Shown one piece after another: positions 27,131 through 37,799 of a DNA stretch of 64,000 nucleotides (its first letter is position 1; the number at the start of each line of letters is the position of its first letter). Under the pieces are notes generated by a model. The model searched no databases. It was not told the origin of the DNA and saw nothing but the letters and a program-made list of their open reading frames with translations. This stretch comes from Paramoeba atlantica (taxonomy: Eukaryota; Protista; Discosea). The DNA lies in contig CDRNVI010000014.1 of the NCBI GenBank assembly GCA_977017575.1, forward strand, positions 248,001 through 312,000, read 5' to 3'. Both the position numbers and the translations under genes were made by a program.

Positions 27131-28585
27131 TCAGCTACTCTTTTTTGTGGGTTCTCCTTCCATCCATTGGACAAAGGATCTTGCCTCTGCCACCGCCGCC
27201 TCCGTCTCACGATTGTATGTAAAATGTTTCTGGCATTCCGGATCGGCGAGGACACGACGGGCAATGTCGTACCAACATGTATGAAGCTCTGAGTATTCGT
27301 TCGGGGGCGACGACGCACCCCCGGAACGTTCATCTTTTACATCATTTTGGGACTTATCAAGATTGACACATTCTCTCTCACTTCTACTCGCTTCCGCACC
27401 CTTTCTCCCGTCCTCCTCCACCTTCTCACTCTCTCCCTCCCCCTTACTGCGATAGGGGTAGAGAGCCAAAACCCTTGCCAGAATCGGCAGCCCTCCATAG
27501 GCCATAAACTCCCCCGGGGAACGTGCCTCCACGCCTCGTCTCAGCCACCGACACAACGGGGTCTGGATCTCAGCATAGCTTTTAAATGTGTTGGTGACAC
27601 CGAGCAACACCGTGAGGGGGTCGTTACTCTGCGCCATGTGAGCCTCCACCCCCCGGGGGTCGAGTTGCTCCATATCCCCCAGTACCCGGAGGTGTTGGGA
27701 CAACCCTTTATGCATGGCCAGGTTCATGTTGTGGAACACAGCCTCGAGGACATGGTGGGTACGAAACGGGGCGGATGCCAGCGTGGGGTGGGACCGGGCC
27801 AACGCGCTAAGGAGCATAAACACGTAGCGCGTGTCCTGGGGATCCCCGGAGCATGTGTTGAGGTAATCGACGAGGGCGGGGACCGCTTGGGGGTTTTGCA
27901 ACACCCGTCGCTCCACCTCTCCGTCTGTGGGTTGGTGTAACGCGAGGAGGACGAGCAGTCTCGTGGCGAGATGGGGGATGTAGGGATCCACACGGTCGTG
28001 AAGGGCCCGAAAGAGTAGATCAATGGCGTCTTTTTCTTTGAGGTACTCACGGGCGATCGGGGCGTGGGGAAGAGCAATGGAGAGAAAACGGATAAACCGG
28101 TCCGCGGTGAAGAATTTAATCCGCTGGTGCGATAAGTCGCGAAACCGTCGCACGGCTTCACGGCAGAGGGCATCCCCACCCGCGTCCAGAAAGGCCGAGC
28201 CTAGGGGGGAGGGTTCCAACCCTAAGTCGATATGGTCAATCACAAGCCGAGTCAGGTAATGATCTGCAAGCTCATTTTCCTCCTCCAACGCTTGGAGCGT
28301 AATAAAAAGTTGTTGCTTCAGGGGGAGAGGTCCAAACACTTGCTCTGGTGGTAGTTCCAAAGAGCGAACCTCAGGGTCGTTGTCAAATTTTTCCAGTCGC
28401 TCAGTAAAACGAAGTAAAGGGTAACGAAAGGAGGCGTAGATGGCAGATCCAATGTCATCCATAGGCGTGGGGTTATGTTGATACAACGCAGCGACGCCCA
28501 GTCCCAAACCCCATGGCCACCATCGGTGAAAACGATCCCACCCCTTCGAATTCTCCGTGTACCAACGAGGCGCACGTCGCATCAT
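27131..28585 (-). CDS. Hypothetical, probably mitochondrial membrane-anchored helical-repeat (ARM-like) protein
   Basis: 484-aa ORF with MMRR start, a short hydrophobic segment WWPWGLGLGVAALY and Leu-rich amphipathic helices. Confidence 0.6.
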   Translation of the reverse strand: MMRRAPRWYTENSKGWDRFHRWWPWGLGLGVAALYQHNPTPMDDIGSAIYASFRYPLLRFTERLEKFDNDPEVRSLELPPEQVFGPLPLKQQLFITLQALEEENELADHYLTRLVIDHIDLGLEPSPLGSAFLDAGGDALCREAVRRFRDLSHQRIKFFTADRFIRFLSIALPHAPIAREYLKEKDAIDLLFRALHDRVDPYIPHLATRLLVLLALHQPTDGEVERRVLQNPQAVPALVDYLNTCSGDPQDTRYVFMLLSALARSHPTLASAPFRTHHVLEAVFHNMNLAMHKGLSQHLRVLGDMEQLDPRGVEAHMAQSNDPLTVLLGVTNTFKSYAEIQTPLCRWLRRGVEARSPGEFMAYGGLPILARVLALYPYRSKGEGESEKVEEDGRKGAEASRSERECVNLDKSQNDVKDERSGGASSPPNEYSELHTCWYDIARRVLADPECQKHFTYNRETEAAVAEARSFVQWMEGEPTKKSS

Positions 28586-28803
28586 GAGTAAGGGGCACCT
28601 CTGTGGGGGATATTTGTATGTGCGTATGCGTATCTAGCGCATTATTTGGCGATCATCATTGCACACGGTGCATTGGGACAAAAAATAACAAAAGAACAAA
28701 ATGACCCAGAATCACTAGTATGTGTTTCCCCACTTTGCAGTATGCGTAAACCATAAGAAACCATAGTGTCATACATATAAATATTCTGACGTGCCTTTTT
28801 GAC

Positions 28804-29952
28804 TTACTTTTTTGGTGCCTTATGAGAAACATGCATCACTTCGCCATCCTTTAGAATATATTCCGCGTCACGACGAAGAAGTGCATCGTCTGCCTTATTC
28901 AGTGACCCATAAGTCATGTACTGCTCCCAGTGTAGTGTGTGTGCCGCAACAAAGTGTTCCTTGAAGTGAGAGTGAATCTCTCCACTTGCGTCTCGTACGT
29001 TTGCTCCACGGTGAAAGGACCATGCGTGAACCATCTCTGGTCCAACCGTAAAAAAGGTTCCCAATCCTAAGCTCTCATGTACAACTTTTGTTACGGCTGC
29101 AGCACAAGATTCGTTCGTAAGCCCATATTCACCACGAAAACTCACGCGATCGTCAAGTGAGAGGTCGGACATTTCTTCCTCCAATCTCGCACTCAAACTA
29201 ACAATTGGTGCGTAATCATTAGTTCCATTTTCGTTGGAATTTGGTGGCAAAGAAAAAAGAGTTTTGTCCGCGATAATTTGCTCCCGATAGTGGCTTTGTT
29301 CCTGCTCAAACTTGTCTTCCCCCAAATTTAGAACCCATATCATGGGTTTACTCGATAAAAGCTGAAGCTCGCGTAAAATTTGGGCGGCGACTTTGTGTAG
29401 CGATGAGTCAAAATCACACAGGACTGTTTTTGCGGGCTTGCCTTCCTCTAGCCACACTTTAAGATACTTTATAAAAGAAAGTTCGTCATCACCCTTCTTA
29501 CTCCCAGCTTTAGTCAATCTAGCGTATCGTTTTTCCACTAATGCCAGGTCGCTGAGTATCAATTCTTGCAGTATAACATGAGCATCCGAAAGGGGAGTAG
29601 GATCCAAAAATCCATCGCCTCTAAAGCAGCGCAATACATGGAGCAACACACTTACATTTCGAATATCCGCAAGAAACTGATTGCCCAGTCCCTCACCACG
29701 ATGCGCTCCGGCAACGAGTCCGGCTATATCTGTAAGTCCAATTTCCACCGGGATTATCTTCGCTGCCTTTGAGAACTTTTGCAATTTACAAAGCCTGGTA
29801 TCTGCCACAGCAAGTCGAGCAATATTTGGCTTTATAGTGCAGAATGGATAATTTCCAGTTTGTGCCATTTTCGAAGTGAGTAGCGCGTTGAAAACGGTAC
29901 TCTTGCCTACATTCGGTAGGCCAATTAAGCCACACGTCCGAGAGAGCGGCAT
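28804..29952 (-). CDS. ychF: YchF/OLA1 Obg-family ATPase (bacterial/organellar type)
   Basis: GLIGLPNVGKST, NYPFCTIKPN, DIAGLVAGAHRGEGLGNQFLADIR, NLGE (NxxE G4) and a TGS domain TFFTVGP...EIHSHF. Confidence 0.95.
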   Translation of the reverse strand: MPLSRTCGLIGLPNVGKSTVFNALLTSKMAQTGNYPFCTIKPNIARLAVADTRLCKLQKFSKAAKIIPVEIGLTDIAGLVAGAHRGEGLGNQFLADIRNVSVLLHVLRCFRGDGFLDPTPLSDAHVILQELILSDLALVEKRYARLTKAGSKKGDDELSFIKYLKVWLEEGKPAKTVLCDFDSSLHKVAAQILRELQLLSSKPMIWVLNLGEDKFEQEQSHYREQIIADKTLFSLPPNSNENGTNDYAPIVSLSARLEEEMSDLSLDDRVSFRGEYGLTNESCAAAVTKVVHESLGLGTFFTVGPEMVHAWSFHRGANVRDASGEIHSHFKEHFVAAHTLHWEQYMTYGSLNKADDALLRRDAEYILKDGEVMHVSHKAPKK

Positions 29953-30262
29953 TTACATACCACTTGTGGTGTCTGCCGAATAATACCTCGGGGAAGTCAT
30001 TTTATAGACCAAACAATAGAATAATTGAAAAAGAAGTTTTGAAAAATGTTTGAAAATATGTCTATTCCTTGCCTTTCATGCTCAAAATATTATTACTGTG
30101 ATGAATATGAATCGAACCATGTAATAGGAGCACACCATTAATCACCAAAAAACAGTGCCCTGTTTTTAATCCGAACTAAACAACAGTTGCCACCTTCTCG
30201 CTGTGATGTCCACCATTCTTACAGAACTCTGAAACTCCCCTTGCTCAATACTCACCCTACGT

Positions 30263-33200
30263 TCACAAAAACACCATAAGTTCAGGTATTTCAAATGAAT
30301 TCTTCGATTTCAACCCCACCGGCGTATCCCTCCGACGAACAATTTCACCCCAACGTGGATAAAACGGAGGTAACGCGTGACCAAACAAGATCTGCATCTG
30401 GTTATACACGCGCCAGTACAGGTTCCGCACCTTCCTCGCGGGGTGAAACAACCCCGGGGCGACGTACTGCCACACCACCGCGGGGCCCAACCCCACCCCC
30501 AGCGCTCGTATCGCCTCCACCACCGCATTCAACCCATGCGCGGACGGCCCCGTGCTACTCCCCCCGACATACACCATGGCGCCACTGGTCGCGGTCCCCG
30601 CGGCCTCCGCCACGAAGTGCGGCCACACATAGTTCAGCAGCTGCACCAGCTCCCCCTCCATCCCGCCCCCGCGCAGGGCCAGCGCCAGGTGCTTCACCAC
30701 CCCACAGGCGAGCTGCCGGGAGGTGCGGTCCGCGGCCCCGAGGGCGTGACACAGCAGCGGGACCAGCGCCGGGGCGTACCCCGTGGCGCGCGCCCCGAGG
30801 TACTCCCAGAGGAACCCGAGCGCCTTGAGCACCCCGTGCTGGGTGAGGGGGTCCGGGGTGCGGTACTCGTTCATCAGGAACGGGAGCACCAGGTAGGGCT
30901 GGCAGCGCTCCGCGACCACCGCGAGCGCGATCGTCGTGCTGAGCCGCAGGGTGCGCTCGGGGGTGGGGAGGGGGTCGAGGAGGGTGTTGAGGACGTGGAT
31001 GGGGTCCGCGGCCTGGGCGACGGCCCCGAAGGCGGCGGTCGCGGCCCGGCGGACCGCCTTGCTGGGGGCTTTCAGGAGGTCGAGGAGACGGAAGCTGAGT
31101 TGGACCCAGGTGAGGGGCTCCACGGGGTCGGGGAGGTGCGGGGTGGCGAGGTGGGAGGCGAGGAGACCGAGGAGGGCGGCGGCGGTTTGCTGGACCTCCT
31201 CGTCGCGGTTGGTGAGGATGGCTTTGAGTTGGCGGATGAGGTCAAGGGCGGTGTCCTCGGAGAGGAGGTTGTCGGGTTCGCTGGGGAGAATACCGGAGGA
31301 GGGTGTGGAGGGGGGAGGGGGTGAAGGGGTGCCTTTCGGTATCAGGGTGAGAAACGAGCACAGGAATTCGTGAATGCAGTGGAGCAGAGCGGCAATCATG
31401 CCGGGGTCCTCTTCGGTGCGCAACAGGGAGCGAAGCATGTCCAGGGTCTCCGTGCCCAGGCTTGGGCCTGTGACGTATCCATGCGTGGCGCGTGGCACAC
31501 GAAGAACATAGGGGGCGAGCGCAGCTAATAGATTCGCACTGTATGCACGGCTCCGGTGTTCGGTTTTTTGTTGAGTTCCCTCGGGCAACAGAGGACGCAT
31601 CCATTCCTCTGTGTCAGTACTCGAATTTTCTACAAGAGCCCCGCTTGCCATTCTGTGACGTACGACTTTAACAATGGCATCCATATGTATGGTGGAGCGT
31701 GGACCCAAGGCATAAACCAATGTAAGAATGGTTTGGCACACGATACCCTCGTCTTGTGTGGCTATTCTTGATGTATCCTCGCTCGATTTCCATGGAGACA
31801 TCCCGAAAGTTCCGAAAACATACAACACAGCTTCTAAGAGCGAGGATTCGGCAGACGTTTCTAACCGAAGAATAGTATCCTCGGCCACTCTTCGCTCGTT
31901 TTGGGTTTGATTCTCGATCATCCGTTGTATAAGTGACTCGAACACCTCAAGGATCAGCAATCGATATTGTGGATCCTCATCGTAAAGTTGGGAGGTTAGC
32001 CGCGTGATAATATGACGTGGATCTGTTTTAATTCCTAAGGCCACAGTTGTATCACATAAGTGGCGAGCATACGGAGACGCGTTTATTATGCTTGCTGTAT
32101 TAATCGCTGGGGAACGATGAGCATCAGGGCCAAGTGAAGCCTTCCTTTCAGCGGATGCGGCACATGCAGACATCACTGCTTTACGGTTCCAGAAATGTTT
32201 TAGGAAAGGTTTTAACCAGTGATCGAGCACAAAGTTTTTTGTTACCCCCTCGTTGTGCTGACACTGACGAATGACGTAAAAGATTGCCAGTCTCATATCT
32301 TCATGTGTATGGTACAAGGACAACGAAGAAACCGTGTTCATATCCTCTTGGACCCACACAGAAGACAAGAATTGTGTACATTGCTCTGCGTTTTCAGGGG
32401 CCATTAACGGAACGAGACTGCCAAGGGCTTTAAGTGCCGCACTAAGCATGTAAAGACTGGGAGTTGCACTGCTTTCCTCGCTTGTGCCCTCAGGTTTTGC
32501 ACGAGAGGCGCCTTGAGCAACAATCTCCCACAACGGTTGAATGACGTCTTCAAAGTGCTCAATGCCGTGGGGAAATACAGATTCCGCTAAGCCTGTTACA
32601 GCCATAGCAGCTGCTTGTTTAAGTCGAATGGAAGCACGACTCCCTTCCGTGTGTAAAAGTGGAGCTACTATCTGAATGAGATTCCCCAGATGAGGAAGTA
32701 AAGCTTGGCTTCGTAACCTGTATGCAATACGTTGAATAATCTTAACTCCCGAGAGAATGCGAAACACAGGATGCTCAGATACGGGAACAGCTTCAACGGT
32801 TCGACTCCGGGATGTGCCTGTTGCACATACAGTGCATAGAAAGGGAATTATCGGCGCAATTCCGCGGGCTTCTACAAGGATAGAGAACGCTTCAGCGACC
32901 ATCCTTTGATGCTCGTTCAATTCCTGTTGAGTAAAACCGTTATTAGGGTTGACACAAATGCTTTCTGAGTCGGATGAGTCAGCAGTATCATTTCTTTCGC
33001 TGTCCTCAGTTATTTGTGTAGGCTGTGTCGATGCTGGCATTTCTAAATCGGGCCGCATTGCTGTTATCATGATTCCTACCCCAAGGGTCCGGGAAAGGTT
33101 CATCATGAGATCTTTTCCTTCCGTTCGAATCAAGGCGTTCCCCGCTATTAGCATTGGATAGATCAAAGTGAGTAAGCGATGTACGAAAGGTTTCAATTCA

Positions 33201-34288
33201 ACGGTCCCTTTTTGGCGCTGTTGACCTAAGCTCGGAGTTTCTTGGGCCCCTAAGTGGTATATTACGCGATTCAGCGCCTTGATAATGTAATGCCTCTCGA
33301 TCATTTCCTCAAAAACGCCTCGTAAAAGGACCTGGAGAAAACAATCAATCACTAGAGCTACTGAAACTGTGGTGAGCCGTTGCATGAGAGCACTCTGCGC
33401 ACCCCGACGTATAGTAGGATCCCCCTTTTTTATACGAAATAGAAGTCGCATAACAAGGGCTTCGCGAAGATTACGGTCGCGACACAAATCTTGATCACTA
33501 AAGTCTTTGTAACGTGAAAGAAACCCAAAGATAGGATAATCGGACTCTTGCAAGTTCGGAAGATCAGGACCGATTTGAGATGTTACATCATAAATTTCAC
33601 CCATTTCCTGAGTTGACACGCTACTCGCAAGCACAAGTGACGTGTCTTTCGACAAAGTTTTTTGATTTTTGCTTCGAAACAAACTTTGCCAATACTGCAA
33701 ATTCGATTTCGCTTCTGAAGGGGTGCTTTTCGGGGCGTAGGACAAAGGCGCATCCACTTTTTCGTATCCCGTAGGTATCATCTGAGCGATATCCGTTTCA
33801 TACAAAGGAGCATTTTTCTCTAGTATGACCTGTATGTTGCGCTTTTCATCTGGGCTTAGATCTTCCAGACCCCACGCTCTGGCATGTGGTTTAAGTCGAG
33901 ATTCCTCACTTTCTGGAAACTGGGAAACAAATGGTGTGGGAGTGCCGGCCGCTGTTGATGTCTGTTCGTGAGGAAGGCGAGTAAAACCACCAACAGTGGG
34001 TTCCATCCCCGGGTGGAGCAGTGTTCCGGTTGCGGAGTGGAGAAAAGTCCCGGTGGACGTATGCTCTGCTGCCGTAGCTGTATAATGCACTGTATTGTAC
34101 GAGGTTCCCATAGTACCCACTGGGAGAGGGGTTGCATCTGCCATCCATGTGGAATCAAAGGGCTCAAATACGGAATCTATTTCTGGATTTTCAATAGCTG
34201 TTTGCTCAGAAGAATTGTCTGCCATACTGAAAACTACGTCTGTCGGCGGTTCAAGCGGCCTAGGAAGGTCATCGTTTGTGGCAGACAT
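30263..34288 (-). CDS. SF3B1: U2 snRNP splicing factor 3B subunit 1 (HEAT repeats)
   Basis: LLFRIKKGDPTIRR, LPFLMNEYRTPDPLTQHGVLKALGFLWEYLG and GLFHPARKVRNLYWRVYN. Confidence 0.95.
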   Translation of the reverse strand: MSATNDDLPRPLEPPTDVVFSMADNSSEQTAIENPEIDSVFEPFDSTWMADATPLPVGTMGTSYNTVHYTATAAEHTSTGTFLHSATGTLLHPGMEPTVGGFTRLPHEQTSTAAGTPTPFVSQFPESEESRLKPHARAWGLEDLSPDEKRNIQVILEKNAPLYETDIAQMIPTGYEKVDAPLSYAPKSTPSEAKSNLQYWQSLFRSKNQKTLSKDTSLVLASSVSTQEMGEIYDVTSQIGPDLPNLQESDYPIFGFLSRYKDFSDQDLCRDRNLREALVMRLLFRIKKGDPTIRRGAQSALMQRLTTVSVALVIDCFLQVLLRGVFEEMIERHYIIKALNRVIYHLGAQETPSLGQQRQKGTVELKPFVHRLLTLIYPMLIAGNALIRTEGKDLMMNLSRTLGVGIMITAMRPDLEMPASTQPTQITEDSERNDTADSSDSESICVNPNNGFTQQELNEHQRMVAEAFSILVEARGIAPIIPFLCTVCATGTSRSRTVEAVPVSEHPVFRILSGVKIIQRIAYRLRSQALLPHLGNLIQIVAPLLHTEGSRASIRLKQAAAMAVTGLAESVFPHGIEHFEDVIQPLWEIVAQGASRAKPEGTSEESSATPSLYMLSAALKALGSLVPLMAPENAEQCTQFLSSVWVQEDMNTVSSLSLYHTHEDMRLAIFYVIRQCQHNEGVTKNFVLDHWLKPFLKHFWNRKAVMSACAASAERKASLGPDAHRSPAINTASIINASPYARHLCDTTVALGIKTDPRHIITRLTSQLYDEDPQYRLLILEVFESLIQRMIENQTQNERRVAEDTILRLETSAESSLLEAVLYVFGTFGMSPWKSSEDTSRIATQDEGIVCQTILTLVYALGPRSTIHMDAIVKVVRHRMASGALVENSSTDTEEWMRPLLPEGTQQKTEHRSRAYSANLLAALAPYVLRVPRATHGYVTGPSLGTETLDMLRSLLRTEEDPGMIAALLHCIHEFLCSFLTLIPKGTPSPPPPSTPSSGILPSEPDNLLSEDTALDLIRQLKAILTNRDEEVQQTAAALLGLLASHLATPHLPDPVEPLTWVQLSFRLLDLLKAPSKAVRRAATAAFGAVAQAADPIHVLNTLLDPLPTPERTLRLSTTIALAVVAERCQPYLVLPFLMNEYRTPDPLTQHGVLKALGFLWEYLGARATGYAPALVPLLCHALGAADRTSRQLACGVVKHLALALRGGGMEGELVQLLNYVWPHFVAEAAGTATSGAMVYVGGSSTGPSAHGLNAVVEAIRALGVGLGPAVVWQYVAPGLFHPARKVRNLYWRVYNQMQILFGHALPPFYPRWGEIVRRRDTPVGLKSKNSFEIPELMVFL

Positions 34289-34547
34289 GTCGGTTCCTAC
34301 AGATGTTTTTAATGTGAATCAAGTTGTGGATACGAAAATATATAAAAATGCGATTAATAAAATAACTTACGATACCAGTAGTACTCCCCCTGTGATTCAT
34401 AATGATCACATCCACAGCCTCTCGCCTCTAAAATTTTATAAATATATCTCTGAAGAAAATAAGAAGAGTATCACAAAGACTGCATGCTGGCCCAAATAAT
34501 TTTGTATTCAAAAATTGATTTCCCTCGTTTGTACTTATATACCAAAA

Positions 34548-35348
34548 CTATGCCCCTACACCAACTAGGTTTGTCTCTAGGATTTCAAAATCAAGAGACA
34601 CAGGTAACGAGGCTTTATTGTACTCTCCACAAAGCTCAAGGTTCTTCGCAAGGTTCAGCTCTTCCAAGGTGGAAGGCAGTAAATCTAATCCTGTTACCTT
34701 CTCCAGACGATTTGATGCCAGATTAAGAACTAAGAAATCACGGGGAAGACGACTCAAATCGATACCACCTGAAAATAGGTTAGCGCTGAGATCCAGATGT
34801 TCCAGTGATTGTGGTAATGTAGTAAGATTTAGAGACCCCACAAAGAAATTTTTATATGCGTGAAATTCTAAAATATTCGCGGGTAACGTACTAAGATCGA
34901 GTGTACCATCAAACAAGTTTGAACCAAAACTTGCATCACTCACATCAGGTGGCATATTCTCTAGATCTAGTGTACCACTAAATCTGTTGCCTGCCAAATC
35001 CAATTCGTCAAGTCCACGAGGTAGAAGGCTGAGTGGCACCTCTCCCGTTAGTCCATTAAGAAACACATTTATTCGGCGTACAGACGAGGGTATGTGGCTC
35101 CATTGTGGAATTCCTTGAAGGTCACCGAACCCCCAGTCAAGGTCTGTAACAGCATCAGGTATAGTAGGATCGGTGCAACGAATTCCAGGCCACTTACAGG
35201 CGGGAACATGAGTATTCCACGTGGAATCCGTATTTTTAAGATATTTTGTAAATAGTGCAAGTTCGACTTCTGGAGGGAAACAGGCACCACGAATCTTTCC
35301 TCGAGCAGAGCTACGTTTTTCAACGTGAGTCAGTTGATCATCCGACAT
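34548..35348 (-). CDS. Leucine-rich repeat protein
   Basis: GKIRGACFPPEVEL motif, cap PACKWPGIRC, and repeats LPQSLEHLDLSANLFSGGIDLSR. Confidence 0.92.
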   Translation of the reverse strand: MSDDQLTHVEKRSSARGKIRGACFPPEVELALFTKYLKNTDSTWNTHVPACKWPGIRCTDPTIPDAVTDLDWGFGDLQGIPQWSHIPSSVRRINVFLNGLTGEVPLSLLPRGLDELDLAGNRFSGTLDLENMPPDVSDASFGSNLFDGTLDLSTLPANILEFHAYKNFFVGSLNLTTLPQSLEHLDLSANLFSGGIDLSRLPRDFLVLNLASNRLEKVTGLDLLPSTLEELNLAKNLELCGEYNKASLPVSLDFEILETNLVGVGA

Positions 35349-35686
35349 TTTCTATTACGATTGAATGAAGTTCTACACAATCCGCTATCCTATTCCTTTG
35401 TACTACTACGTGCGATCTCATAAATATAATTCCTGAAGAAAACATTAATTATAGCGAACGAAATCAGTCGAATTGAGGGAGTAACATACGACATACAATA
35501 TACTACGACGTTAATTTGGTTTTTGTAGCTTTCAACAGCTTTAGAATTGTTTTTTATCTGACTTGGGTATCCCATCACCGGGCTGCTAGATGGCACAGTA
35601 AGGAATTCAACTGGAGCGGAAGACTCGTAGTAAATCATAGAACAGGATGGCGCGGAAAACGAAGAAAAATATCATTATCCTTTAGA

Positions 35687-37624
35687 TCACTGTCCTTTTG
35701 AATCCCAATCCATGGACTCTTGCAATTCCTTAGGGCTGCAAGAATGTGGCATTATGGATACAGTATACGAGACGTCACGTTCGTTTGGTGTAACTTCATT
35801 AGACATACTGCTCGAGTTCTCGGAGACTAACCGTTCGCAAGCCTTTAGTCGCATCACTTTACATAAGGATTTCACATCGCTTATGGTGCATCCTAGAGAA
35901 ACATTCCATAAAGGAAACATGTCATGACATGAACGTTCCTTGTGTCGCAAGGACAGCTCACAAAGTAAATGAGTAACAAGATTTTCGTGGGCAGGAAACT
36001 CTACAGTTCTTAAATAACCTTCGACTTCTCCGTGAGTGGGAAGTCCGACGAATATGTGTTTGTCAATGCGATTACTACGGAGTATTGAGGCATGAACGCG
36101 CGTTGGGGTGTTTGTGGCAGCCAAAATGCGTACATTCTTTTGTTCGAAATGTAGTTGATCCATTTCAAGGCATAACAAGGAGACGAGAGGATGAGTAGAG
36201 CCCTCCTCTGTGCGTTCTTGTGATGGAAAAAGTGCCTCTATTTCATCAAAAAAGATTATTGATGGCGAAGTGCCACGCGCTTTGCAAAATATTTCATGTA
36301 ACTTTTGTTCCGATTCCCCAACAGCTGCCGTAAGAATACTCGTCACTGTGACAAAATAAAAGGAGGCCCCGACTTCATATGCAGCCGCCTGCGCTAACAT
36401 TGACTTGCCAGTTCCTGGGGGTCCGTATAGCAATATATTTTTAGAACTGGAAATAACAGCGCTAGGAGAAGAGCGGTCCAATTTTTCAGTAGAAAATAGA
36501 TGTCTCAGCGCATTCTTCGCTTTGCTCTGACCCACCACATCGCTCCACAATACTTTTTCCAACTTTGGTACGTCCCCATTTTCATGTTTAGGCCCAATAA
36601 GCAAAGACGGAGACAATTGGTTGCATAAATCTCTCATGGATCCGACGCTATTGAAGTTATCACATGACGTCGCCTCCTCAAAAATCAGTTTCGTGACAAA
36701 ATTGACCTCCCCTGTGCTGTATCCTCCCATTTTTGAAGCAAGCTCATGAACTGCACTGTCCTCGCTAGGTGCTTTCGTGGTAATCGATCGAAATTCTACC
36801 GCGGTGGCAGAGCTATCTGAGGTTTCTTCTATTGTTTCGGCTTGATTGGAGAGCCTCGTTGCTAGTGAAGATTGTTCCGCAATGCTTTGTATTAAGGTCA
36901 TACGTTCTAACATTGTGGGCACCGAATACTGTGACACACATCGAACTGCTTGGCTTATCCATGGGTGAATATCAGACTCTTTTCGAGCAGTGCAAAACAC
37001 GAACGGCGGCTCGGCCCTTTCGAAACTCGAAGGCTCGGCAGATGAGTACCAATCATTAACCTCGCGCAGTGCACACACGAAAGCGGCGAGCGAGCACTGA
37101 GGACTTCCTACATAACAGGTTGTGCTAAAATCAGGATCAGGGTCAGCAGGACACCAGCCAAAAGAAGAATTCGGAAAGAGCGTATCAACGCTCCGAATAA
37201 TAAAAATATTTCGCCGAGTTCGCAAAGGTTCGTTCCTCGGCATCCTTGCGGACGCGGCATATCGCTTTTCCGTACGCATCATTGGCTTATTGAGCCAATC
37301 GGTGTTGCCGCTCAAAAGGTCCATAGGACTCACAAATTTCATATTATACAGAGGTTCGAGGTCGTCCGAGGAGCCACAGCAAACATCTTGAAGATTGCGA
37401 CAAGCCTTTCGTATGGATGATATTTTACCACTCCCACTGGGTCCGTGAATAAGAATTGTCCGGGGATAGTTTTTGATAACAGTATTGTGCGTTTGAAAGT
37501 CTACCGGTTCCGCAAGACCTTCTCTATCTAAGTCATTAGGTCTACATTGGGCAGGGAGTATGCCACGCTCAAGAATCCGTTGTATTCTAAGCGAAGGATC
37601 CTCTTTTGTTGAAACCACGGACAT
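35687..37624 (-). CDS. CDC48/AFG2-family double-AAA ATPase with degenerate D1
   Basis: D1 GPSGSGKIS with no clear Walker B. D2 has GPPGTGKS, VGESEQKLHEIF, IIFFDEIE, AATN and ILRSNRIDK. Confidence 0.85.
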   Translation of the reverse strand: MSVVSTKEDPSLRIQRILERGILPAQCRPNDLDREGLAEPVDFQTHNTVIKNYPRTILIHGPSGSGKISSIRKACRNLQDVCCGSSDDLEPLYNMKFVSPMDLLSGNTDWLNKPMMRTEKRYAASARMPRNEPLRTRRNIFIIRSVDTLFPNSSFGWCPADPDPDFSTTCYVGSPQCSLAAFVCALREVNDWYSSAEPSSFERAEPPFVFCTARKESDIHPWISQAVRCVSQYSVPTMLERMTLIQSIAEQSSLATRLSNQAETIEETSDSSATAVEFRSITTKAPSEDSAVHELASKMGGYSTGEVNFVTKLIFEEATSCDNFNSVGSMRDLCNQLSPSLLIGPKHENGDVPKLEKVLWSDVVGQSKAKNALRHLFSTEKLDRSSPSAVISSSKNILLYGPPGTGKSMLAQAAAYEVGASFYFVTVTSILTAAVGESEQKLHEIFCKARGTSPSIIFFDEIEALFPSQERTEEGSTHPLVSLLCLEMDQLHFEQKNVRILAATNTPTRVHASILRSNRIDKHIFVGLPTHGEVEGYLRTVEFPAHENLVTHLLCELSLRHKERSCHDMFPLWNVSLGCTISDVKSLCKVMRLKACERLVSENSSSMSNEVTPNERDVSYTVSIMPHSCSPKELQESMDWDSKGQ

Positions 37625-37799
37625 AGGCTTTGAATCATGTCCATTTTCGAAAAGACTACAAAACAGTAAACTACACCTCGCTTCAAATGTTTATCAAAGC
37701 CAATACCCGATTTTCCTCCCTCTCCCTCTCCTCCCTCACGCACCCACCCTTTACCCTTAAAACTTTTTGCCTATCCACAACCCCCTTTCTATGTATATA

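Noticed and set aside
30295-31373. Plus-strand ORFs (30377..31324 etc.) opposite SF3B1
   Set aside because: Antisense shadows of a GC-rich island.
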